61,839 bases of DNA from a virus (lineage: Duplodnaviria; Caudoviricetes). Of this stretch, positions 47,810-56,561 are shown piece after piece; positions within the stretch are counted from its first letter, which is position 1; every line of letters begins with the position of its first letter. The DNA is taken from positions 1 through 61,839 of IMG/VR virus record IMGVR_UViG_3300021185_002489. The stretch is one strand, 5' to 3'. The position numbers and the translations under genes are program-made. The notes beneath the pieces were generated by a model. It did no database searches. It was not told the DNA's origin and saw nothing but the letters and a program-made list of their open reading frames with translations.

Positions 47810-47998
47810 TTAATTATTTATTTCTAATTCTAGATATCTATTATAAAACTCTTCTATACTTTCATTATATTTCATTTCTATTCCAAAATCTTTAAAACTC
47901 ATATTTAAAATTAATCTTTCATTTTCTATTTGTTTCTTACTTCCATAATAGTTATAATCTTTTAACTTTTCTAATTCTAATTTTATAATCTTTAACAT
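47810..47998 (-). CDS. Hypothetical early protein (first gene of the early arm)
   Basis: Between promoter copies F and E. Confidence 0.55.
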   Translation of the reverse strand: MLKIIKLELEKLKDYNYYGSKKQIENERLILNMSFKDFGIEMKYNESIEEFYNRYLELEINN

Positions 47999-48019
47999 AT
48001 CTTATATTTTATTTACACT

Positions 48020-48053
48020 TATATTATCACTTTATAATATAATTTGTAACGTA
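48020..48053 (-). promoter_or_regulatory. Class I promoter motif (copy F)
   Basis: Exact boxes, N14 spacer. Confidence 0.75.
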
Positions 48054-48076
48054 TTTTTATAATAATTATACAAAAT

Positions 48077-48107
48077 GTCCCTTTTTGAATATATTGCACT
48101 ATAATAT
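48077..48107 (+). promoter_or_regulatory. Class II motif GTCCCTTT-N8-ATTGCACTATAATAT (copy 2)
   Basis: Matches the reverse complement of 41019-41049; faces the late arm. Confidence 0.65.
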
Positions 48108-48487
48108 AATATATAACTTTAATAACTTAAAGATATAATATAAACATTGAATATAATTCAATAAACCAAATACTATATTACATTAATGATAATTTATCAT
48201 AAGTGTAGGTATAATACAATATCTATGAGTATATGACAACAAAACATAACAATATCTACACATAATGTGACGATAGCTTCTATGTAATGAACATATGACA
48301 ATGATATATACATAAGATCAAACATAATGCATCACCATATGTGTGATAAATCATTGATATTACTACATTATTAATGATAAATGCATTGAATTACTACTAA
48401 TATGGGGGTACTTTATTAATCGACTTTCTTAAGTACTTGATTATCATATACATATATGTAATACAAAACCTCTATATATAAAACATT

Positions 48488-48646
48488 ATGAAAAAGAAAC
48501 GAAGTGTACATACGATATCACCTTTCTTAAAGAAGGATGCTTGTTACCACAGTGTTAAAGCAAGGTACGATGTATTCCCTTCTGCATATGCTTCTGGAGC
48601 TATAGCGAAATGCCGTAAGGCTGGGGGACCAAAAAAGAAAAGATAA
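48488..48646 (+). CDS. Small basic protein (KDACYHSVKARYDVFPSAYASGAIAKCRK)
   Basis: Read manually; motif recalled from marine phage proteins. Confidence 0.65.
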   Translation: MKKKRSVHTISPFLKKDACYHSVKARYDVFPSAYASGAIAKCRKAGGPKKKR

Positions 48647-48663
48647 ACTAAAATTAAAAGAAC

Positions 48664-48864
48664 ATGGGAATAGGACCACAGAATTTAGGTGCTCAGGGTA
48701 TGTCTGGAAACAGTAAGCCGTGTGGGTCACCGTTGAAAAAGATTAGTAATCCATCGGATGGAGAGGGTGCAAGCCCTATAACTTTCAATGATAAGTTAGA
48801 GGCAGCTGTTGACTCAGGAAAGATCACAGGTGGATTCGCAAACGCAATTAAGAACAATAAATAA
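48664..48864 (+). CDS. Hypothetical protein
   Basis: ORF in the operon. Confidence 0.55.
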   Translation: MGIGPQNLGAQGMSGNSKPCGSPLKKISNPSDGEGASPITFNDKLEAAVDSGKITGGFANAIKNNK

Positions 48865-48870
48865 TATATT

Positions 48871-49191
48871 ATGTATAAGCAAAAACCAGGAGATCCTAAA
48901 AAGAAATTAAATACCCCGGGCACATTTAGAGAAGATGCCCCTATAACAAAACTAGCTAATGACGGATCTAACCCTATGTTTAAACTAGATACTCCTGTCT
49001 ACAAGCATGAGGCTGGACATAAAGGAAAACAAAAAGGCGATAGAATCAAGACAGAAAAACTTAAGGAAGTTGTAGTATACGCTCAGCGACCAAACCGTTT
49101 TAAACCAAAGGAGGTTGGTGGAAGAAACGCTGCTTCAGGTCCAAACGCGGGGGAAGAGTTTAAAGCTAAAAAAGGTAAGCCAGTAATCTAA
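48871..49191 (+). CDS. Basic hypothetical protein
   Basis: ORF in the operon; K/P/G-rich. Confidence 0.55.
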   Translation: MYKQKPGDPKKKLNTPGTFREDAPITKLANDGSNPMFKLDTPVYKHEAGHKGKQKGDRIKTEKLKEVVVYAQRPNRFKPKEVGGRNAASGPNAGEEFKAKKGKPVI

Positions 49192-49353
49192 ATGAAAAAG
49201 GTTAAGGCACCTGCTGGATACCACTGGATGAAAAAGGGTACTGGGTACAAATTAATGAAGCATACCGGTAAGTTTGTAAAGCATACCGGGGCTTCTTTAT
49301 ATGCTAGCTTCCCTACACAAAAAGTACATAAGAGTGGCAGTAAGAAAAACTAA
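49192..49353 (+). CDS. Small basic protein (MKKVKAPAGYHWMK...)
   Basis: Read manually; starts right after the previous stop. Confidence 0.55.
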   Translation: MKKVKAPAGYHWMKKGTGYKLMKHTGKFVKHTGASLYASFPTQKVHKSGSKKN

Positions 49354-49630
49354 AAAAGGATTAGCCCTTAAACGTTGGTTTAAAGAGAAGTGGACTGATG
49401 AGAAAGGTAATGCTTGTGGTTCCACTAAAAATAAGAATACAAAAAAATGTCGACCATCGAAACGGGTGGGTCGAAAAACGGTGAAAACCTGGGGTGAGAT
49501 GTCGCCTTCAGAAAAGAAGCGTGCGGTAGCAGAAAAGAAAAGAGTGGGGATGGGGAGAAAAACATCTCAGATAAGAAGAAAAACTACTAAAGCAAAGAAG
49601 AATGAAACTACCAAAAAACGGAGTCGCTAA
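49334..49630 (+). CDS. Basic protein (LKRWFKEKW...CG...CRP family)
   Basis: Likely GTG start at 49334. Confidence 0.6.
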   Translation: MAVRKTKKGLALKRWFKEKWTDEKGNACGSTKNKNTKKCRPSKRVGRKTVKTWGEMSPSEKKRAVAEKKRVGMGRKTSQIRRKTTKAKKNETTKKRSR

Positions 49631-50003
49631 AGAATTAAGATCCTACACAGGTTCTTTATTTATATTTTTATTCGTCATAGGTATTATAATTACTTTATTA
49701 CAATACCCAGTACTTGAGTCTAACAAAGAAGTTGTAATGGTCCTTATAGGAACCATCGCTGCTTCTATACCTATTGTTATAAGTTCTATCACAGGAACTA
49801 AACCTGATGACGTGAATGCTCTCAAGCAGACCATTGAAAAGAAAGAACATCATATAGAGCTTCTAGTACAAGCTAAAGATAATCTTGAAGCTATGGTAAT
49901 TGAGTTACAAAAGCAGATGTTAGAGAATCAGGATGCAGTTATGGATAAGATCATCCTAAAAGCCGCAATGGATTTTGACGATAAACATTATAAAAAGAAA
50001 TAA
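49602..50003 (+). CDS. Two-TM membrane protein with a coiled coil
   Basis: Two hydrophobic helices followed by a heptad region. Confidence 0.6.
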   Translation: MKLPKNGVAKELRSYTGSLFIFLFVIGIIITLLQYPVLESNKEVVMVLIGTIAASIPIVISSITGTKPDDVNALKQTIEKKEHHIELLVQAKDNLEAMVIELQKQMLENQDAVMDKIILKAAMDFDDKHYKKK

Positions 50004-50005
50004 CC

Positions 50006-50326
50006 ATGGCGAGTGTAGATATAGACGGGGATGGAAAACCAGATTTTTCTATAAACCTTAGCCAGATAATTACTTTAGGTGGTATTGTTATATCTATAGT
50101 CGGTTCGTATTATACATTGTCTTCTAAAATAGAAGCTGCTGAAGTAGCTTTAAAGAAGATAAAAGAAAACGAACAGAAGTATACATGGCCAGCCCAAAGA
50201 AAGCTTGAACAAGACGTGCAGAGAATGACTGTTGAATTTCAAGCAGCTATGAAAGATATTGAGTATTCAATGCGTGATATAGACAAGATACGCGAAGAAC
50301 TCAATAATAAAAAAAATATAAGATGA
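50006..50326 (+). CDS. Single-TM coiled-coil protein with a DIDGDG motif
   Basis: Sequence features. Confidence 0.6.
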   Translation: MASVDIDGDGKPDFSINLSQIITLGGIVISIVGSYYTLSSKIEAAEVALKKIKENEQKYTWPAQRKLEQDVQRMTVEFQAAMKDIEYSMRDIDKIREELNNKKNIR

Positions 50327-50571
50327 GTCAGAAACTTTCCCTTAAAGCCCGAGCAGCTAAAGCGGCTAGAGATTTAAGATACGCTAATTCGCCTGATAGA
50401 AAGGCAAAGCGTGCAGATAGCCAAAAGAAACGTAGAGCTGCTAAGAAGGCGGGACGTTCTCTGACAAATTTAGATTACGATCATAAAGATGGTAAGTTTA
50501 AATCCGTTAAAGCCAATAGAGGTAATGACGGTAAAGGTACTAAAAAAGAAAAACGTAAATTAATTAAATAA
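50323..50571 (+). CDS. Basic protein with a minimal HNH-like motif
   Basis: DYDHKDG...KANRG. Confidence 0.5.
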   Translation: MSQKLSLKARAAKAARDLRYANSPDRKAKRADSQKKRRAAKKAGRSLTNLDYDHKDGKFKSVKANRGNDGKGTKKEKRKLIK

Positions 50572-50574
50572 GTT

Positions 50575-50781
50575 ATGCAAATCATTGTAATCATATTATC
50601 AATTTTATTATTCACTGCAGTAGGAATCATTGTAGCAACATACCTTGGAAAATTTAAAGACTCAGATGCGGATGGTATCCCTGATGAAGTTGAGGAGTTT
50701 GTTGAAGACACTGTAGATGACGCAAAAGAAGTTGTTAAAAAGTTCACGAGAAAAAAACCGGGACGTAAAAAGAAAAACTAA
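50575..50781 (+). CDS. Single-TM protein with a DSDADG motif
   Basis: N-terminal TM helix, acidic loop, basic tail. Confidence 0.55.
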   Translation: MQIIVIILSILLFTAVGIIVATYLGKFKDSDADGIPDEVEEFVEDTVDDAKEVVKKFTRKKPGRKKKN

Positions 50782-50782
50782 T

Positions 50783-51091
50783 ATGCCAGCTAAGAAAACC
50801 ACACGACGCAAACCACCTGCTCCTTCTAAAAAGAAGTCTTTAGGATATTATGCTAAAGTGAATAAGAAGGGCGGTACGGGTAAAAAAGCTGGTGGAGGAA
50901 TGACAGCTAAGGGTGTTGCTAAGTATCGCAAGGATAATCCAGGTAGTAAACTAAAAACTGCCGTAACAACACCACCATCAAAATTAAAAAAAGGCAGCAA
51001 AGCTGCAAAAAGAAGAAAAGCATTCTGTGCAAGATCTAAAAGCTGGACATCGGAAAGAGGTCGTGCTGCTAGACGGAAATGGAATTGTTAA
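50783..51091 (+). CDS. Basic protein (GGMTAKGV...RRKAFCAR...RKWNC family)
   Basis: Likely start at MPAKK, 50783. Confidence 0.6.
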   Translation: MPAKKTTRRKPPAPSKKKSLGYYAKVNKKGGTGKKAGGGMTAKGVAKYRKDNPGSKLKTAVTTPPSKLKKGSKAAKRRKAFCARSKSWTSERGRAARRKWNC

Positions 51092-51118
51092 AAATCAAAT
51101 TAAATTAAATTAAATTAA

Positions 51119-52696
51119 ATGGCACAATTTGGAGGACCAAAGCTTGTTAAGAAACTTCACTTTAATAATGAAGCAAAAGATAAGCTTTCAAACGGAATAA
51201 ATAAAATAGCAGATGCTGTTAGCTCTACACTAGGAGCAAGCGGTAGAACAGTAATTATCGAAGATGACTTTGGTAACCCATACGTAACTAAGGATGGGGT
51301 CACTGTTGCTAATTCAATATTGCTCAACGATCCAGTTGAGAACTTAGGCGTTTCAATGATGAAACAAGCCGCTCAAAAGACAGCGAGTATGGCGGGTGAT
51401 GGCACAACCACCTCCATAGTGTTAACACAAGCCATAATCGACTGTTATAATAAAAAAGAAGGAAATCAGTTTTCTTTTAGAGATGTTAGAAGTGGGATTA
51501 ATAAATTTAAATCTCACGTAATAGACTTCTTGTCTAAAAAAGCTGTTAAAGTTGATAATAAAGAATTATACAACGTTTCTACTATTTCTGCGAATAATGA
51601 TGCAGAGCTTGGGGGTATTATTGCACAAGCTTTTGAAAACTCCGGTGACACTGGAATTGTTGCTATGGAAACTTCTCCAAACAATCAAACGTATGTTGAC
51701 ACTGTAGAAGGTACAAAAGTTGGTAGCACTTGTAAGACACCTCATTTTTATACTAATAAAGAAAAAGAAATAGCTGAGCTTGACAAGCCGCTAGTTTTTA
51801 TTAGTGTATCTGAAATACCAAATGTAAGAAAAATTCAAGACATACTGGAGCATGCTATTAAGTCCAACCGTAGCATTCTCCTTATTGCTCCTTTAGAGTC
51901 GCAGCCGTTAACCGCGCTTGCAATGAATAAAGTAAAGGGTAATATTAAAGTCAACGTAATAGATCCACCCAGCTTTGGGCTTAAGCGAAAGGACATACTA
52001 GAAGATCTTGCGTTGCTTGTCGGGGCTAAAGTTTTTGACGAAAGCCTTGGGGATTCGATTGATGCGATCTCCCCTGACATGTTAGGATCGGCCGATAAGG
52101 CTCTCTCAGATAGTGAAGGTACAGTTTTAGTTATTTCTGAAAAATCAGAAGAAGCTTTAGAACGTATCGAATATTTAAAAACTGCTCTTGATGACGAAGA
52201 CAATAAGATATTGTCTAAGCATTTAAATGAAAGGTTAGCATTGTTATGTGGTGGTGTGTCCATTGTTTATGTAGGTGCTGATACTGAAGTTGAGCTTAAA
52301 GAAAAACAAGACAGAGTAGATGATGCAATCCATGCTGTTAAAGCAGCAAGGAAAGAAGGTATTTTACCAGGAGGTGGCTCTGCATTAGCATATGCAGCAC
52401 AAACTGATTGGAAAATGGAATTAACACAGGATGAACTTACCGGTGTTGAAATATTAAAAGAAGCTTTAGTTGCACCATATACAAAAATATTATCCAATGC
52501 TGGTTTACAGCCCGAAAACTTCAATCTAACAGAATGGGGTGAAGGTGTTAATGTAACCTGTGGATGCGCTAGAAATATGCGGGATGAAGGAATTATAGAT
52601 CCTTTCCTAGTTACAAAAACTGCTTTAAATAATGCTGTTTCTGTAGCTACTACTATTCTATCAACTGATTGTGTAATTAGTAATATAAGAGAATAA
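51119..52696 (+). CDS. groEL: Phage chaperonin GroEL
   Basis: TKDGVTVA, AGDGTTTS, ISANND, GILPGGG and GIIDP motifs; no GGM tail. Confidence 0.95.
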   Translation: MAQFGGPKLVKKLHFNNEAKDKLSNGINKIADAVSSTLGASGRTVIIEDDFGNPYVTKDGVTVANSILLNDPVENLGVSMMKQAAQKTASMAGDGTTTSIVLTQAIIDCYNKKEGNQFSFRDVRSGINKFKSHVIDFLSKKAVKVDNKELYNVSTISANNDAELGGIIAQAFENSGDTGIVAMETSPNNQTYVDTVEGTKVGSTCKTPHFYTNKEKEIAELDKPLVFISVSEIPNVRKIQDILEHAIKSNRSILLIAPLESQPLTALAMNKVKGNIKVNVIDPPSFGLKRKDILEDLALLVGAKVFDESLGDSIDAISPDMLGSADKALSDSEGTVLVISEKSEEALERIEYLKTALDDEDNKILSKHLNERLALLCGGVSIVYVGADTEVELKEKQDRVDDAIHAVKAARKEGILPGGGSALAYAAQTDWKMELTQDELTGVEILKEALVAPYTKILSNAGLQPENFNLTEWGEGVNVTCGCARNMRDEGIIDPFLVTKTALNNAVSVATTILSTDCVISNIRE

Positions 52697-52950
52697 TGGA
52701 AGCAATAGGTAATTATGTAGTCTTAGAAGAGATCTTAGAGACTTCTACAAAGACACAGGGCGGCTTAGAACTAGCCGAAAAGCATAGAGAGGACATTAGG
52801 TATAGAAGAGCAAATATAATCTCTTCTGGGCCAGATATATTGAAAGAAGGTCAAACAGTACTTTTTGATAGAATAGCTGGTTATCCTGTGGAGCATGATA
52901 GTAATATTTATAAAGTTATTAATTTACGTGATATTGTAGCTATACTATAA
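52696..52950 (+). CDS. groES: Co-chaperonin GroES
   Basis: AIGNYVVL...KTQGGLEL...LKEGQTVLF...DIVAIL; coupled to groEL. Confidence 0.85.
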   Translation: MEAIGNYVVLEEILETSTKTQGGLELAEKHREDIRYRRANIISSGPDILKEGQTVLFDRIAGYPVEHDSNIYKVINLRDIVAIL

Positions 52951-53396
52951 TGGAAAGAACTGATTTTGCTCAAAGAGGTGAAGTTAAAGTTGATTTTCTT
53001 AAATATTATAGATTAGTATCCAGATGGGCTTGTAAAAATAATGATTTATCTGTAGCGGATTTAGAATTATTATTTTATTTGGACCCTATTGTTTATTTTA
53101 CTATAGATGATTTTAAAACAGGTACATTATTTTACACTTGGGATAAAGAAAGATTTTATAGATTACAAAAACAAGGCTGGATAAATAAATCACATAACGG
53201 AGGTGGTCGCAGAGGCGATCATAATAAATATAAAGTTAGCCAAAGAGGTAAGCTACTTATAAATAAAGTATATAGAATACTGATAGGCGAAGAAGATCTT
53301 CCAACTTCAGCGAAGAGAAATAAAATAATGAAACGGGAAACGTACATAGATAAAGTGTACAGCCAAGCTATAAAAGAGTTTAACAAGAAAAAATAA
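52950..53396 (+). CDS. Winged-helix (MarR-like) DNA-binding protein
   Basis: DLSVADLELLFYL...RLQKQGWI...YKVSQRGK. Confidence 0.6.
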   Translation: MERTDFAQRGEVKVDFLKYYRLVSRWACKNNDLSVADLELLFYLDPIVYFTIDDFKTGTLFYTWDKERFYRLQKQGWINKSHNGGGRRGDHNKYKVSQRGKLLINKVYRILIGEEDLPTSAKRNKIMKRETYIDKVYSQAIKEFNKKK

Positions 53397-53400
53397 AAAA

Positions 53401-53751
53401 ATGGCAATAAGATCAATTGTAACTACTATTGACGATACTACAGGAGCTGTTACAAATACTGTTCAGGGACTGGTTAAAAACGAAACTATCACAGGAGTAG
53501 TTTTAAGGGAATTTATGACAAATGGACCAGATCAATTAGCTGATGGTACTTATAACGACACTGCTTCTGAATTGAAGTATAACGTTAAAGTAAAACCAAA
53601 TAATTGTTTAGCTAATATTACATTTGGTAGCGATACTTTTATATTGTATAGTGCACCAACAGGTATTACGCAAACAATTAAAGCTCCAAGTGCTACAGCA
53701 ACTGTTAATGCGGTTGTTAAAGCAGTAGTTACAGATACAGACACTCCATAA
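53401..53751 (+). CDS. Putative virion structural protein
   Basis: T/V-rich beta-type protein at the start of the fibre module. Confidence 0.5.
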   Translation: MAIRSIVTTIDDTTGAVTNTVQGLVKNETITGVVLREFMTNGPDQLADGTYNDTASELKYNVKVKPNNCLANITFGSDTFILYSAPTGITQTIKAPSATATVNAVVKAVVTDTDTP

Positions 53752-53763
53752 TAAAATAAGAAC

Positions 53764-53904
53764 ATGAAAAAAAGAAAAGTTAGCTTATACGATACTCTAC
53801 CTGGAGTAACTATCGAACCTTCTAAGGTTGATAATCAAAATATGAATATGCCTATTACAGCAAAAGTTAAATCTTCTGCGAAAGGAACAAAATTAAAGAA
53901 ATAA
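53764..53904 (+). CDS. Small basic protein (46 aa)
   Basis: Read manually; fills the intergenic gap. Confidence 0.4.
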   Translation: MKKRKVSLYDTLPGVTIEPSKVDNQNMNMPITAKVKSSAKGTKLKK

Positions 53905-53905
53905 G

Positions 53906-56020
53906 ATGGCAAGAATTAGCACGTACGCAATTGACTCTACTATAGAAGGAAGCGATAAGCTTTTAGGTACTGATGCAAATTCTAATTCCTCACTAGCAAC
54001 TAAAAATTACACTATTGATAGTCTAAAAGAATATATCAATGGAGCTAGTGCAAAAAATATACCTGATGAAATTCCTTTAGGATTTGCTTTAACAGTAAAT
54101 AGAGAAGGAACGGATTATGAAAGAGCCTTAGTTAGAACATTAGCAAGTTCTGTTGAAACTAATGTTGTGCTTAAAAGTGCAACAGTGAATACAGGGTGTG
54201 ATGTTTATTTAAACACTCTAGGTACAGGTCAAGTATTTTTAATAATTAGGGATTATAACGACGGTCAGTTTGCTGTTGATTATGACTTAAATGATTTTGC
54301 AACAAATTCAGCAACCTTTACAGGGGTTATTGGAAATGTTACCCATAATGGTACTGTAACATCTTTTAATAATCCAAACTTTGGAAGCGATAGTCCAGCG
54401 GCTAACGATAGTCAATATGTAACAAATGGAAATAGCATTTACACTGAGTGGATGTTTAATGTTACACTGGATGCGGGAGAGGTTTATACAGGAGGCCAAG
54501 TGGCTTTTACTGAATTTACTTTTTTAACAGGTTCTCAAAGAATTGAAACTCAAGCTGTAGGATCTTTAAAAATAACAAGAAATTTAAATGTACCTGATGG
54601 TGATTTAACTGTAGGTACAGAAAGCCCAACTACGGACCCTAGAAGTCTTACAGTGTATGGGGATATAAAGTTACCTACATCTGAAAGTCGCATAAAATTT
54701 GGAGGTGATAATAATAATGTATTATTAAGCACCGATGGGTCTGATTTAACTGTATCAGGAACAGGGTCAGGCTCAAATATAGTAACTAACGCTACTAGAT
54801 TTACACAAGATATAGTAAAAGATGATAACACCACTTCTGCGGATGGCAGAACAATAATGGGTCAAAATACTTTTACTGCTATTGCGACAGATGGCACTAG
54901 AGGTGTTTTGTCTAATTCAGGTGTCGAGCTTCAAGATGCTAGTGGAAATGCTTTAGCTCAGCAGCAAGTTTCTGGTAATGCTTCTCAAGGAGGATTAAAT
55001 AATCAAGGTTATTTAACATCTTTAAAAGTTGATGGAAATTGGTATCAATTACCTGCTTTATCCTCAGGTGTAGCAGAAGCTTTACCGGGTCTAAGCGAAA
55101 CTTTAGCTGGTCCACCAACCTCTATAACTACAGGACGTTTCTTTTACGGTACGCAAAACGCCGCAGGAGCTTTATTTCAAGCAGCCACTTCCCCAGCCTC
55201 TTTATCATCTGCGGAAACAATAGGACAAGATGTAACGTCTATAACTATATCTGCAGGTAATCAGACTGATTTTGCGTCAATATTCGCTGCTGTACCTACT
55301 GGACAGAATTTATATTTCGTTGACAGTACATATACAGCTGCTTTTCCAGCGCCCGGCGGTCAAATACTAGATGCATCAGTTAATATATATTTAGTTGTTG
55401 CATACGATACAGGTACTTATGTAACTGTATTTGGCAGACAAGGCTATGGTACATTAAACGTGTCTACAAGTACTTTTAATATAGATTCAGAGGTTGTAAA
55501 ATTAAATACAATACCTACTGGAGCTAAATCAAATTTTGTGTACTACGACACAGCAACTAATGCTTTATCTCATAATCCGCTAACTGTTTCTGGTCTCGCC
55601 AATGGTGCTACGTATGATTACGGTGGTAATACAGACGTGCCTGTTGTGTCAATTGATTTTGATAACTTAGTTATATCAGCACCAGCAAACGGTGTTGTAA
55701 CTTTAAAACAAGGGCATACTTTTGGTGGTGCGTTAGTGGATAATACAATAGCTACTAATTATAATCATTATATATTAAGCAATATAACTGCTGATAAAAC
55801 TTTAACACTACCAGCAGGAACTGTAGGTGATAGTGTAAAGATAACTAACATGTCTTCTTTAGATGCTTCTGGTGCGTATGTACAACCTACGTTTACCTGG
55901 TCTATAGCTACTAATGGTTCAGATAAAATAATGAGAGCTACAAACTTAACACTTGATGCCTCTACAGAATCTTTTGAACTATTATATACAGATGCTGCTA
56001 ACGGATGGGTAATAAACTAA
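53906..56020 (+). CDS. Tail fibre protein
   Basis: MARISTY...DKLLGTD...TKNYTI N-terminus shared with 58984; C-terminal TLTLPAGTVGDSVKI...ELLYTDAANGW. Confidence 0.65.
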   Translation: MARISTYAIDSTIEGSDKLLGTDANSNSSLATKNYTIDSLKEYINGASAKNIPDEIPLGFALTVNREGTDYERALVRTLASSVETNVVLKSATVNTGCDVYLNTLGTGQVFLIIRDYNDGQFAVDYDLNDFATNSATFTGVIGNVTHNGTVTSFNNPNFGSDSPAANDSQYVTNGNSIYTEWMFNVTLDAGEVYTGGQVAFTEFTFLTGSQRIETQAVGSLKITRNLNVPDGDLTVGTESPTTDPRSLTVYGDIKLPTSESRIKFGGDNNNVLLSTDGSDLTVSGTGSGSNIVTNATRFTQDIVKDDNTTSADGRTIMGQNTFTAIATDGTRGVLSNSGVELQDASGNALAQQQVSGNASQGGLNNQGYLTSLKVDGNWYQLPALSSGVAEALPGLSETLAGPPTSITTGRFFYGTQNAAGALFQAATSPASLSSAETIGQDVTSITISAGNQTDFASIFAAVPTGQNLYFVDSTYTAAFPAPGGQILDASVNIYLVVAYDTGTYVTVFGRQGYGTLNVSTSTFNIDSEVVKLNTIPTGAKSNFVYYDTATNALSHNPLTVSGLANGATYDYGGNTDVPVVSIDFDNLVISAPANGVVTLKQGHTFGGALVDNTIATNYNHYILSNITADKTLTLPAGTVGDSVKITNMSSLDASGAYVQPTFTWSIATNGSDKIMRATNLTLDASTESFELLYTDAANGWVIN

Positions 56021-56024
56021 AAAT

Positions 56025-56339
56025 ATGGGACTAACAATAGATTTACCACAAGCTGGACTCCTAGGGATTTCCGGCGCTCAAGCTTTTGAAATAACTGGTA
56101 ATACTAATTTAAATATTAACAGTATATATGTTTGTAAGCAAGCCTCTGATTTTACAATAACACTTCCTACAACAGTAACTTCTGATGGAGGTGAAGTGCT
56201 TGTAAAAAAAGTAGGTTCACAAACAGTAACAGTAACCTCAGCACTTATAGAGGGTACCAATCAATCACTAACAATAACTAACAACCAAGCGGTAAGATTT
56301 GTATATATCAATGCTACTTTTGGTTGGTTAATAACTTAA
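56025..56339 (+). CDS. Tail fibre-associated protein
   Basis: FTITLP...VRFVYINATFGW, paralogous to the C-terminus of the preceding fibre. Confidence 0.55.
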   Translation: MGLTIDLPQAGLLGISGAQAFEITGNTNLNINSIYVCKQASDFTITLPTTVTSDGGEVLVKKVGSQTVTVTSALIEGTNQSLTITNNQAVRFVYINATFGWLIT

Positions 56340-56342
56340 GCT

Positions 56343-56561
56343 ATGCCAGACGTTAAAACATTTTATCCAGGCGCAACAGCAGGAAATCCAATAAATAATG
56401 CCACTGATGCTGCTTTAGCAACTACAGCAACTACAGCAACTGTTGGTAATTCTGTAGATGATCAAAATCAAACTCCAAACGCTCTTGTTTGGACGGGCAC
56501 AACTGCTGAATACGCAGCTTTAGGTACTAAAGATGCAAATACACTTTATTTCGTAATATAA
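56343..56561 (+). CDS. Small tail-fibre adaptor (W.GT...Y.A...KD..TLY motif)
   Basis: WTGTTAEYAALGTKDANTLYFVI. Confidence 0.55.
   Translation: MPDVKTFYPGATAGNPINNATDAALATTATTATVGNSVDDQNQTPNALVWTGTTAEYAALGTKDANTLYFVI

Noticed and set aside
43866-48053. Repeats as a CRISPR array, integron attC sites or dif sites
   Set aside because: Spacing is irregular (about 250-1460 bp), the boxes are not palindromic, no cas or integrase gene is present, and placement upstream of genes fits promoters.
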